The notes under the pieces: model-generated
Seen by the model: only the letters and a program-made list of their open reading frames with translations
The model's database searches: none
What the model was told of the DNA's origin: nothing
From: Halodesulfurarchaeum sp.
GTDB taxonomy: Archaea > Halobacteriota > Halobacteria > Halobacteriales > Halobacteriaceae
NCBI GenBank assembly: GCA_034520565.1
Contig: JAXHNL010000002.1
Location: forward strand, 192,001-256,000
Direction: 5' to 3'
DNA length: 64,000 nucleotides
Translations under genes and position numbers: made by a program
Shown here: piece after piece, positions 9,418 through 18,753 of the stretch
Layout of the letters: every line of letters begins with the position of its first letter
Position numbering within the stretch: the first letter of the stretch is position 1

Positions 9418-11045
9418 ATGAGTACAGGAAACAAAGGTGCAATCGGCACGTTTATCGACGAACTGGACTGGGTAACGTATGGTGTCGGCCTCGGGGTATC
9501 GATCCTCGCGATCCTCGCGCTGATCCTCTCCCCGGAGGCTGCAAGACAATTCATCAACAACGCCTTCACCTGGATGACACAGCAGCTCGGGTGGGCCTAC
9601 CTGCTCGTGGGCTTTTCACTCGTGCTTTTCGCGCTCTTCCTGGTGTTGGGCCCGTGGGCGACATTCGTATCGGGAAACCCGACGAGGAGCCGGAACATTC
9701 GTTCAAATCCTACTTCGCGATGCTCTACTCGGCTGGCATCGCGGCCGGGATCGTGTTCTGGGGTCCGGCTGAAGCGATTTCCCACTACGAACTCTACGTC
9801 CCACCGGTTAACAGCCCGCTGGGCGGGGCCGAGGGAGGAACCCCGGCAGCCGCAGTCGACGCGATCACGTACACGTTCTTCCACTGGGGGATTTCGGCGT
9901 GGTCGTTCTACGTGCTGCTCGCGCTGCCCATCGCCTTCTTCGCCTACCGCTATGGCGCACCGATGCGGATTTCGACGGTGCTCGCCCCGTTCCTCGGAAC
10001 GGACAACCTCGATGGCGCGCTCCCGAAGGTGATCGACATCCTCGGCGTGTTCGCGACCATCGGCGGGATCGCCACCTCGCTCGGATTCGTCGGAGGCCAG
10101 TTCCTGGCCGGGCTGAATTACATCTTCGGCATCCCGACCACTGACGTCCTCACCATCGTGATGATTACCGGCTTGACGGCCTTCTTCACCATCTCGGCCG
10201 CACTCGGCGTGGAGAAGGGGATCAAGCGGGTCTCGAACTTCAACATGATGGTGTTCTTCTTCCTGATGATCGTGGTATTCGTCTTCGGCCCCACCGCCTA
10301 CATCCTCGACATCGGGGTCGAATCCATCGGTGCATACCTCAACAACTTCATCCAGGTGAGCACGTTCACCAACTCCGCCGGCGTCGATCCGACCGGGTTC
10401 GTGCCCCTCTGGACCGTCTTCTACTGGGCCTGGTGGTTCGCGTGGGCCCCGTTCGTCGGCCTGTTCATCGCCCGCATTTCGAGGGGTCGAACGGTCCGAC
10501 AGATGGTCGGGACCGGCGTCATCGCCTCGACCGGCGTCACCATCCCGTGGTTCGCCGCCCTCGGTGGCTCCTCGATCTGGATGGAGATCAACGACGTCGC
10601 ACCGATCGTCGACACCTACAACAACATCGGGTACGACGGCCTCGGCTACCCGCTGTTCGAAGCACTGCTGCCGGGCGTGCTGGGCGTGTTCCTCATGCTC
10701 GCGTTCCTGGTGCTCGTGACGACGTTCTTCGTCACCTCTGCTGACTCCTCGACGCTCGCGCTGGGCATGCTCACGACGGGTGGCAAACGGAAACCCTCGA
10801 CGATCAACCGCACCATCTGGGGCGTCACGATGGGTGCCCTCGCGTCGCTGCTCCTCGTCTTCGGTGGGGCAAACGCGTTGCAGACCGCCTCCGTGTTGAC
10901 CGGTGGTCCATTCGCACTCGTCCTGATCCTCGCCGTCTGGGCGACGATCCGGACCTTCCGACAGGTCGAGCCCGTGTTCCTCACCGAGAAGGAACGCGAC
11001 GAAAGCGCAAGGGAGATCGACCCGAGCGGCGGTCTGGACGACTGA
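9418..11045 (+). pseudogene. BCCT-family (betaine/carnitine/choline) transporter with a 1-nt frameshift near 9656-9658 (possibly a sequencing error)
   Basis: First frame MSTGNKG...LGWAYLL...LGPW; second frame GDIRIG...AMLYSAGIAAGIVFWGPAEA...FHWG...YWAWWFAWAPFVGLFIARISRGRT. One extra G (tgg ggc gac) joins them. Confidence 0.9.
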
Positions 11046-11062
11046 TCGGCCGAAAATAATTC

Positions 11063-11086
11063 GGATTTTTTCTTCCGTTTTTCCCC
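11063..11086 (+). terminator. Candidate oligo-T archaeal terminator after the BCCT gene
   Basis: ggattttttcttccgtttttcccc just after the stop, between convergent genes. Confidence 0.45.
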
Positions 11087-11119
11087 GCCGAGCGACGGCA
11101 CCGGCGACGGAGCAAACAG

Positions 11120-13522
11120 TTAGGCCCGGTCGACGCCGCCGCTCGTCCGCACGGCTGCCAGGTTTTCCGCCACGTCGTGAACGCGGAGCGCTGCTGCCCC
11201 TCGCTCTGCGGCCATGGCGGAGGCGACGACCGTCGGAAGCAGCCGGTCCCCGTCCCCGTAGCCGATCCCGGCAAAGAGGGACTTTTGGGAATGGGCGAAG
11301 AGCACGGGCAGCCCCAGGCCCGTCAGTTCGTACAGCCGATCGAGCAACTCGAAGTTCTCCGCGGGCGTCTTGCCGAAGCCGATCCCCGGATCGGCGACGA
11401 TCTGCTCGCGGTCAATGCCAGCCCGCTCGGCCAGCCGAACCCGCTCGTTGAGATCGCTGATGACGTCTGCGACCACGTCGTCGTAGGGAACCTCGGCGTC
11501 GGGGTCGACTGGCGTATTGATGCTGTGCATCAAGATGACCGGCACGTCGTACTCGGCGACGACGGCACGCATCTCGGGGTCTTCGAGACCGTCCTGGTCG
11601 TTGATGATGTCCGCGCCGGCTTCGATCGCGGCTTCGGCGACCTCGGCCTTGCGGGTGTCGACCGAGATGGGCACGTCGAGCTCCTGCAGGGCCTCGAGCA
11701 CCGGCACGATCCGATCGATCTCCTGTTGAATTTCGACCGGGTCGGCCCCGGGCCGGGTGCTCTCGCCGCCGACGTCGAGGACATCCGCTCCCTCCGCAAC
11801 GAGCTGCCGGGCCCGCTCGAGGGCCTGTTCGACAGTGTCGTACTCCCCGCCGTCGTGGAACGAATCGGGCGTGATGTTGAGAATGCCGAGCAGGGCCGGC
11901 GTTCGCCCCGTTTCGACCGGCAGTTCCGTGGAGTGGGGCTCGAGTGCCGCCCGAACGTCGTTCGGAAGTGTCGGACAGCCCGTTCGTGAGTCGACTCGCT
12001 CCAGGAACCGCTCGAAGGTCGCTCGGGTGCCCGAAAGGAGAACGTCCACGAATCGGGCCACGTCAACGAGCGCCGAGACCTGACACTCCCCGCCGACCCG
12101 GAGCATCTCCTTTTGGACCATGCGCGCACACGGCCGGGGAAGACGGGTCCGGAGCGTGACGTGTCGCCGCGAATCGGGGTCTGACGGGTCCGCTGCCACG
12201 TCGAGTTCGGCGACTGGCGACGTCCCGTCGGCCTCGCTGGCCAGCTTCACATCGGTCGGAACGACCGTTCGGGTCCATCGCTGTCTGGCTTCCGAGACCG
12301 TGTAGAGCGAGCCGGCGACGACGACCAGATCGTCGGGGCCAGCCAGGTCGATGGCTCGGTCAACGCTCTCGAGCACGGACGGAACGGGCGTGGCGTCCAC
12401 CCCGACCGCCTCGAAACCCTTCGCAAGTACCTGCTCGTCTTCGGCGCGTTTCGTGTCCGGGCGACAGGTGAAGACCTGATCGGGGCGGGGGAGGGCCTCG
12501 ATCATCGCCCCCTGATCCTTGTCGTGCATGGCCCCGAAGACGAGATAGAGGTCCGCGTACTCGAGATCCGAGATCACGCGTCCCAGCTGTTCGCTCGCGT
12601 CCGGGTTGTGTGCGCCGTCGAGCAGCACCGTCGGGTTCCGTTCCATCACGTCGAACCGGCCCGGCCACTCGGCCTTCCGGAGCCCGCGGGCGATCGTGTC
12701 CCCATCGACGGTGGTGACCTGACTGGCCAGTGCGACGGCCACGCCGGCGTTGAGGGCTTGATGGCGACCGGGTTGTGGGATCTGTGCCACGAGTTCGATG
12801 CCGACACCCCGGATCGAAACCGTCTGTGCATCGACTCCGTCCCGCTCGAGCGATTCGACCACCACGTCGGTCCCCTCGGTCCCGACCGTCAGCAGCTCGC
12901 TCCGCTCCCGGAGGGTCTCGAAGACGTTCTCGGCCGCCGTGACGAGTGGGCCGTCGTCTGGAGCGACGTGGACCTTATCGCGAGCGATCTCCTCGACGGT
13001 GTCCCCGAGGACGTCGGTATGTTCGAGTGAGACGTTCGTGACACAACTCGCAACCGGCGAGACCACGCTCGTCGCGTCGTACTTGCCGCCGATGCCGACC
13101 TCGAGGATGGCCACGTCGACGTCCCGGCGGTCGAAGTACCAGATAGCGAGGGCGGTCGTCGCCTCGAAGTGCGTGAGCGGTTCGTCGCGAGCGGCCCCGC
13201 TGTCGATCCCGTCGCGGTAGGTTTCGACGAACTCGGTCACGGCCGATTTCGGGATCTTCCGCCCGTTGACCTGGATACGCTCTCTGAACTCGTCGAGTTC
13301 GGGCGAGGTGTAGAGCCCGACGTCGAGGCCGGCCTCACGCAAGATCGAATCGAGCATCCGCGCCGTGCTCCCCTTCCCGTTCGACCCCGCGACCTGGACG
13401 AAGTCCGTGCCCGTGTGAGGCGAACCGGCGCCCTCGAGAAAGTTCCGCGTGGCATCGGTCCCGAGCTGGGTTCGGAACCGTCGCAAGCCGAGGAGGTACG
13501 TCGCCGCCTCGCTGTAGTGCAT
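11120..13522 (-). CDS. folCP: Folylpolyglutamate synthase / linker / dihydropteroate synthase fusion
   Basis: ATG 13522 MHYSEAA; FolC motifs VAGSNGKGS, LEVGIGG, WPGRF, LDGAHN; FolP motifs GILNITPDSFHDGG, GGESTRPG, DPGIGFGK, RVHDV. Confidence 0.93.
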   Translation of the reverse strand: MHYSEAATYLLGLRRFRTQLGTDATRNFLEGAGSPHTGTDFVQVAGSNGKGSTARMLDSILREAGLDVGLYTSPELDEFRERIQVNGRKIPKSAVTEFVETYRDGIDSGAARDEPLTHFEATTALAIWYFDRRDVDVAILEVGIGGKYDATSVVSPVASCVTNVSLEHTDVLGDTVEEIARDKVHVAPDDGPLVTAAENVFETLRERSELLTVGTEGTDVVVESLERDGVDAQTVSIRGVGIELVAQIPQPGRHQALNAGVAVALASQVTTVDGDTIARGLRKAEWPGRFDVMERNPTVLLDGAHNPDASEQLGRVISDLEYADLYLVFGAMHDKDQGAMIEALPRPDQVFTCRPDTKRAEDEQVLAKGFEAVGVDATPVPSVLESVDRAIDLAGPDDLVVVAGSLYTVSEARQRWTRTVVPTDVKLASEADGTSPVAELDVAADPSDPDSRRHVTLRTRLPRPCARMVQKEMLRVGGECQVSALVDVARFVDVLLSGTRATFERFLERVDSRTGCPTLPNDVRAALEPHSTELPVETGRTPALLGILNITPDSFHDGGEYDTVEQALERARQLVAEGADVLDVGGESTRPGADPVEIQQEIDRIVPVLEALQELDVPISVDTRKAEVAEAAIEAGADIINDQDGLEDPEMRAVVAEYDVPVILMHSINTPVDPDAEVPYDDVVADVISDLNERVRLAERAGIDREQIVADPGIGFGKTPAENFELLDRLYELTGLGLPVLFAHSQKSLFAGIGYGDGDRLLPTVVASAMAAERGAAALRVHDVAENLAAVRTSGGVDRA

Positions 13523-13640
13523 GTTCCGGATTTGGAGAACCGGTCGCTTTAACGTACCGGAGACGGCGATCCACAGATCGACCCCGGTGTCGTTCGCAAA
13601 CCGGAACAGGCTTAACCCGACTCCGGACTGCAGGTCTCCC

Positions 13641-14375
13641 ATGGCGGTGGCCATCATCACGGTCGGGGACGAACTCCTGGCCGGGGAAACCGAGAACACC
13701 AACGCGACGTGGCTGGCCCGCCGGATCACCGACCGCGGTGGGGACGTCCGTGAGATCCTGACCGTCGGCGACGATCGGGCCACGATCGCCTCGCGGGTCG
13801 AATCGCGGGAATCGCAATTCGACCGGGTGATCGTCACCGGCGGGCTCGGCGGGACCCCGGACGACCTGACCATGGCGGCCGTGGCAGACGCGCTCGACCG
13901 AGATCTCGAGGTCGACCCGGAGGTCCACGAGGCCGCCCGGGCGTCCTCGGAAGCCTTCGTCGAGGCCCATCCCGATCTGGCCGAGAAATACGAGCTGGGC
14001 CTGGACGCCGCGCGCGTCGCCGAAACGATCGCGGGCGGGCGGATCATCGAAAACCCGGAGGGACTCGCGAACGGCTGTGTCGCTGATGGCGTGTATGTCC
14101 TGCCGGGCGTTCCGAGCGAGTTGCGAGCCACGTTCGAACAGGTCGCCGGGGAATTCGCCGGCGAGAAACGCGTGGAGACGCGGTTCACGGACGCCCCGGA
14201 AGGCGTGCTGGGACGGCACATCGCCGACCTCGAGTCGCGATTTGCCGTACGGGCCGGGAGCTACCCGGGTGAGCGAACGGATCGCAACCGGGTCCGCGTA
14301 ATCGGCGACGATGCCGAATCCGTGACGGCCGCCCTCGACTGGCTGGGGGAACGGGTGGCTCTCGAACGAGAATAG
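13641..14375 (+). CDS. CinA N-terminal-like (molybdopterin-binding/MocF domain) protein
   Basis: TVGDELLAG..NTNATWL, TGGLGGTPDDLT, LPGVPSE; no C-terminal PncC domain. Confidence 0.85.
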   Translation: MAVAIITVGDELLAGETENTNATWLARRITDRGGDVREILTVGDDRATIASRVESRESQFDRVIVTGGLGGTPDDLTMAAVADALDRDLEVDPEVHEAARASSEAFVEAHPDLAEKYELGLDAARVAETIAGGRIIENPEGLANGCVADGVYVLPGVPSELRATFEQVAGEFAGEKRVETRFTDAPEGVLGRHIADLESRFAVRAGSYPGERTDRNRVRVIGDDAESVTAALDWLGERVALERE

Positions 14376-14425
14376 GGCGGGAGTTCGCGTCGGACCTCCT
14401 CTGGCGAGGGTTCCGTTCGACCGGG

Positions 14426-14719
14426 TTACACGTCCTCGCCCCAGGCCTCGTGGGTTTTGATCTCCTCCTGAATGGGTTCGAGGTCCGCCTCGCCGTCGAT
14501 CCCGAGGAAGTTCAGGACGTCCTGGCGGGTCTGCCGGTCGACCGTCTCGACGTCGCCCCCTTCGACCAGTTTAAACGACGGTTTTGTTCGCCCGCCGAGC
14601 AGATTCGAGACTTCCGCGTCCTCGTCGACGACCGGGACGGTTTCGGTCCGGGCCAGCAGTTCGATGGTTTCGGCCCGACCCGCGTCCATCGCTTCGCGGA
14701 GTTCGCTTTGCACCACCAT
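14426..14719 (-). CDS. Small acidic hypothetical protein (97 aa), paralog of 14820-15113
   Basis: 65/97 identical residues (manual ungapped count) with its neighbour; own TATA-like upstream element. Confidence 0.8.
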   Translation of the reverse strand: MVVQSELREAMDAGRAETIELLARTETVPVVDEDAEVSNLLGGRTKPSFKLVEGGDVETVDRQTRQDVLNFLGIDGEADLEPIQEEIKTHEAWGEDV

Positions 14720-14819
14720 GGTCCACCCGTACCTACCGGTTCGATGATAGTAAAATTTCACCCCCGTTCGGTTCTCGCTCGGTTCGTGGGAACGACCGGG
14801 TCAAACCCGACTCGCCGAA

Positions 14820-15113
14820 CTACGCCAGTTCGCCCCAGGCGTCGTGGTTTTTGATCGCCTCTTGCACCGGTTCGAGGTCGTCCTCGTCGTCGACGCCGAG
14901 GACCTCGAGGACTTCCTGTCGTGTTTGCCGATCCGTCGTTTCCACGTCGCCCGGTTCGCTCAGTTTGAACTCGGTGTTCGTCCGCCCACCGAGAAGGCTC
15001 GACACCTCCACGTCCTCGTCGACTTTCGGTACGGCTCGGTACTGGGCGAGCACTTCGATCAACGCGTCGCGGCCGCGTTCCATCGCCTCCCGGAGTTCGT
15101 TTTGGACGACCAT
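14820..15113 (-). CDS. Small acidic hypothetical protein (97 aa), paralog of 14426-14719
   Basis: Tandem duplicate; shared LLGGRT and DRQTRQ motifs and a C-terminal HxAWGE. Confidence 0.8.
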   Translation of the reverse strand: MVVQNELREAMERGRDALIEVLAQYRAVPKVDEDVEVSSLLGGRTNTEFKLSEPGDVETTDRQTRQEVLEVLGVDDEDDLEPVQEAIKNHDAWGELA

Positions 15114-15350
15114 GATCCATTCGAAAATACCGGTCGCATGATATTAATATGCGCTACGTTTCGGGGGTCGTAGGAATCGACCCCTGTAGCCGCTGAACGC
15201 CAGATTTGTGGCGGTTTCACTGCGTGCGTGACCGTCACTAATCACGTGCTCGCACCGATCGTCCCGGTCGAAGGACGCGGTTTGCCGGCCGAAGCACAAT
15301 TTCGATTGGAGTAGACAAATATAAGTTTCACAGTCCGGTTTGTCGAGGTA

Positions 15351-16406
15351 ATGCGTTACACACGACAACTGCTCGCCGTGGCACTCGCGCTGTTAGTCCT
15401 GACAACCGGGGCCGTCGGCGTCATGGGCACGGTAACCGCACAGGAGGAGACGACAACCGAATCGTTTCCGCTCACCGTGACTGACGCGACGGGCGAGGAG
15501 ATGACGATCGAGGAGCCACCCGAGCGGGTGGTGACCCTCGCACCGAGCGCGGCCCAGACCATGTACGAGATCGGCGCCCAGGACAAGGTCGTCGGGATCT
15601 CCGACCGGGGAACGTATCTCGACTGGGACGAGGAGAAGGCCATTATCTCGAGTGGCGGCACCGTGAACACGGAGAAGATCGTCAACCAGACCCCCGATCT
15701 GGTGCTCGCCCCGGACATCATCGGCGATGACAAGGTCGAGCAGCTCCGGAGTGCTGGCCTCACCGTCTACAACTTCGCGGGCGCGACCTCGATGGACCAC
15801 GTCGTGGAGAAGACCCGGCTGACGGGCCAGCTCGTCGGCGCGAGTGACGGCGCGAACGCCCGTGCCGACGAGATGGCGGAATCACTCGAGATCGTCCGCA
15901 CGGCCGTCGAGGGTGAGGAGCGTCCGACCGCACTCTACCTGCTCGGTGGCGGGTTCACGGCCGGTGACGAGACCTTCATCAACAGCGTCATCGAGACCGC
16001 AGGCGGCACGAACATCGCCGCGAAGCACTTTGCCGGCTACTCGATTATCAGCGAGGAGGTCGTCGCCAACGAGAGTCCCGAGTACCTCCTCGTGAGCAAC
16101 GAAGCGCCCGAGATGGTCCCGAAGACAGACGCGTATAACGGCACCCACGCCGTGCAGAACGACCAGATCATCGGAATCGACGCGAACTACCTGAACCAGC
16201 CCGCGCCGCGGACCGTCCAGGTCGTCGAGGACCTGGCGAGCACGTGGCATCCCGACGCCTACGAGTCCGCCGTCGAGAGCTTCGCCGAGGAGACGACCGA
16301 GAGCGCGGCCACGACCGCCGTGACCACGGAGACCGAAGCGCCCGGCTTCGGCCCGATCGTCGCCCTGCTCGCGATCGTCGGGGCGGCGTTCCGGCTTCGA
16401 GAGTGA
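15351..16406 (+). CDS. btuF: Cobalamin/corrinoid ABC substrate-binding protein with PGF-CTERM anchor
   Basis: Signal peptide, PERVVTLAPS, NQPAPR, Thr-rich linker then PGFGPIVALLAIVGAAFRLRE; directly upstream of cob salvage genes. Confidence 0.85.
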   Translation: MRYTRQLLAVALALLVLTTGAVGVMGTVTAQEETTTESFPLTVTDATGEEMTIEEPPERVVTLAPSAAQTMYEIGAQDKVVGISDRGTYLDWDEEKAIISSGGTVNTEKIVNQTPDLVLAPDIIGDDKVEQLRSAGLTVYNFAGATSMDHVVEKTRLTGQLVGASDGANARADEMAESLEIVRTAVEGEERPTALYLLGGGFTAGDETFINSVIETAGGTNIAAKHFAGYSIISEEVVANESPEYLLVSNEAPEMVPKTDAYNGTHAVQNDQIIGIDANYLNQPAPRTVQVVEDLASTWHPDAYESAVESFAEETTESAATTAVTTETEAPGFGPIVALLAIVGAAFRLRE

Positions 16407-16481
16407 GGTGGTGACCGCACCCCTCGCGGGACCACCGGACCGACCGACTGATATCCCACGCGCCGAAAACGCGAGGACGAC

Positions 16482-17468
16482 ATGGCAGCGATAGCCTCCC
16501 TGGCGGTCGCCGTCGCCTTCCTGCTCGATGCCACCGTCGGGGAGCCGCCCGAATCGGTCCATCCGGTCGCCAAACTCGGCGCGGCGATCGCCGTCCTCGA
16601 TCATCCCGGCCCGGCACCCCACCTCTATGGGGCGACTGTCGCGCTCGTCGTTCCCCTCCTCGCGGCGGGTCTCGCGGCACTTCCCGTCTGGCTCCTTGCG
16701 CCCGGCTACCCTGTTCTGGCCGGGGTGCTGGCCGGGACAATCCTCTTTACGACCGTGAGCCTCGACATGCTCACGGAGCTCTCGAGTACCGTGATCGGTG
16801 AAACTGATGCCGACCTCGAGCGCGCGAAAACCGACGTCGTGGGACTCGTCGGGCGTGACACCGCTGACCTCTCCGCAGCCGAGGTCCGAAGTGCCGCGGT
16901 CGAAAGTCTCGCGGAGAACCTCGCGGACGGGCTCGTCGGCCCGCTGCTGGCGTTCGCGTTCGGCAGCTTCGTCTCGCTCCCGGTCGCCGTCGGGGCCGCC
17001 GCGTGGGTCAAGGCAGTCAACACGCTCGATTCGATGCTCGGCTACCGCGATCGACCCCACGGCACCGCCAGTGCCCGTCTCGACGACGTGGTCGAGTGGC
17101 TTCCGGCACGGCTGAGCGCGGGCCTCATTGCCAGTGCCGCCCTCGACCCATCAGCACTCACGACCGCCCGGACCTGGGCCCACGAGCCAGCCTCACCGAA
17201 CTCGGGCTGGCCGATGGCGACGATGGCCACAGCAATCGGCGTCAGGCTGCACAAATCCGACCAGTACGATCTCAACCCGACCGCCCGACTGCCGACCGTC
17301 GCGGACGCTCGAGGGGCCATTACGGTCGGACACCGGGCCGGGCTGCTGGCGTTCGCCCTCGCGGCCGGAATCGCCTGGATCGGGGGCAACGCCGGCTTGC
17401 TGGCAGGCGGGGTCGGCTGGGCCGGCGACCTGCTTTCCCTCCGTGGCGGGGTGATCGAATGGTTCTGA
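16482..17468 (+). CDS. cbiB: Adenosylcobinamide-phosphate synthase
   Basis: GEPP..HPV, LVGRDT, ESLAENLADG, VNTLDSMLGY, ARLDD, SPNSGWP. Confidence 0.93.
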   Translation: MAAIASLAVAVAFLLDATVGEPPESVHPVAKLGAAIAVLDHPGPAPHLYGATVALVVPLLAAGLAALPVWLLAPGYPVLAGVLAGTILFTTVSLDMLTELSSTVIGETDADLERAKTDVVGLVGRDTADLSAAEVRSAAVESLAENLADGLVGPLLAFAFGSFVSLPVAVGAAAWVKAVNTLDSMLGYRDRPHGTASARLDDVVEWLPARLSAGLIASAALDPSALTTARTWAHEPASPNSGWPMATMATAIGVRLHKSDQYDLNPTARLPTVADARGAITVGHRAGLLAFALAAGIAWIGGNAGLLAGGVGWAGDLLSLRGGVIEWF

Positions 17469-18202
17469 GTGCCGTCCGGGGTGCGCTCGGTTTCCTGACG
17501 ACACTTCCCGTGGGCCACTCCACGGCCGCCTGGGAGGCCTTCGCCGACCGGCCGGCAGTCATGGTCAGTGTCGGCTATGTCCTCGGGGGCCTGCTCACGC
17601 TACCGCTCTTCCTCCCAGTCCCCGAAACGATCGCGGGCTTCGGATTCGTGCTGGGGATCGCGGTCTTCGCCGGCATCAACAACTTCGACGGGCTGCTGGA
17701 CGTCGCGGACGGTGTCGCGACCCACGGAGACCCGACCGAGGCTCGATCGGCGATGAAAGACAGCGCGATCGGAGTCGGTGCCGTCCTCGCCCTGGGAATA
17801 CTCCTGCTCGGCCTGTTCGCGGTGGGGTCCACGCTCGCCGGTGGATCGCCGCGAGTGGTGAGCGTCGTCGTCGCGGCCGAAGTCGGGGCGAAGCTGGGCA
17901 TGGTCGGCGTCCTGGCGCGCGGGACTGCCAGCCACGAGGGACTGGGATCCGCGCTTTCGACCAGCGCCGGTCCCTGGACCCTTCCCCTGGGTGTGCTCCT
18001 CGCACTCCCGGCGGCGATCCTGACGGTGCCCCATCCCGCCGCGGCGATCACCGTCGCGGTGGGACTCGGAACGGGGCTGGTGATCCAGCGCTGGGCGCGA
18101 GATCGGCTCGGGGGCATCAACGGCGACGTGCTGGGCGCGACGAACGAGGTGGCCCGGCTGGCTGCGCTCCTCGCGGGGGTGATCGCGTGGACGCTCTGGT
18201 GA
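17459..18202 (+). CDS. cobS: Adenosylcobinamide-GDP ribazoletransferase (cobalamin synthase)
   Basis: FLTTLP, DGLLDVADG, AMKDS, GGINGDVLGA; ATG overlaps the cbiB end. Confidence 0.9.
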   Translation: MVLSAVRGALGFLTTLPVGHSTAAWEAFADRPAVMVSVGYVLGGLLTLPLFLPVPETIAGFGFVLGIAVFAGINNFDGLLDVADGVATHGDPTEARSAMKDSAIGVGAVLALGILLLGLFAVGSTLAGGSPRVVSVVVAAEVGAKLGMVGVLARGTASHEGLGSALSTSAGPWTLPLGVLLALPAAILTVPHPAAAITVAVGLGTGLVIQRWARDRLGGINGDVLGATNEVARLAALLAGVIAWTLW

Positions 18203-18753
18203 TGTGTGGTGGACGCGGTTCCAGACTCGAGTTCGACGGCGAGAAGCCGCTCTACGAGATCGGCGGGATCCCAATGATCGACCGCGTCATCGACGCGCTG
18301 CGGGCGAGTGGAATCGGGGAGATTCACGCAGTCGGTTCTCCACACGTCCCCGAAACCATGGCCCACGTCGACGTGCCCACGATCGAGGGACCGGGTGAAG
18401 GCTACGTCGCTGATCTTCTCGTTGCCCTCGAATCCGTCCCAAAGCCGGTCCTGACCGTCGGGGCCGACTTGCCCCTGCTCGACGGCCCGGCCATCGATTG
18501 GGTCCTCGACGGCTACGAAACTGGCTCGGCGATGGTGGCGGTCCCGGCGGCCCGCAAGACCGAAATCGGCGTCTCGATCGACGAAACGGCAGCACACGAC
18601 GGCGAACGCGTCGTCCCGAGCGGCGTCAACGTCGTCGGCGACCCGGAACCCGAACAGACACTCATGACGACCGATACACGATTCGCGGTGAACGTGAACC
18701 GACAGAGAGACGCGATGATCGCGGCCCACCTGGTGAGTTCGGATGGATCGTGA
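18187..18753 (+). CDS. cobY: Adenosylcobinamide-phosphate guanylyltransferase
   Basis: MCGGRGSRL..EKP, GYVADL, ADLP, NVN; lies in the cob operon. Confidence 0.88.
   Translation: MDALVMCGGRGSRLEFDGEKPLYEIGGIPMIDRVIDALRASGIGEIHAVGSPHVPETMAHVDVPTIEGPGEGYVADLLVALESVPKPVLTVGADLPLLDGPAIDWVLDGYETGSAMVAVPAARKTEIGVSIDETAAHDGERVVPSGVNVVGDPEPEQTLMTTDTRFAVNVNRQRDAMIAAHLVSSDGS

Noticed and set aside
8558-11045. Pyrrolysine or selenocysteine recoding in the methyltransfer cluster
   Set aside because: No in-frame TAG/TGA interrupts a homologous region; the BCCT break is a frameshift; no pyl or sel genes in the window
13523-14221. 233-aa N-terminal extension of FolCP in the ORF track (1033 aa)
   Set aside because: Antisense to the CinA-like gene; Ser/Arg-rich shadow frame; FolC homology starts at MHYSEAA (13522)
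15151-15300. Possible cobalamin riboswitch upstream of btuF
   Set aside because: Some hairpins are present but no recognisable B12-box or conserved core, and the TATA lies close to the ATG (near-leaderless)
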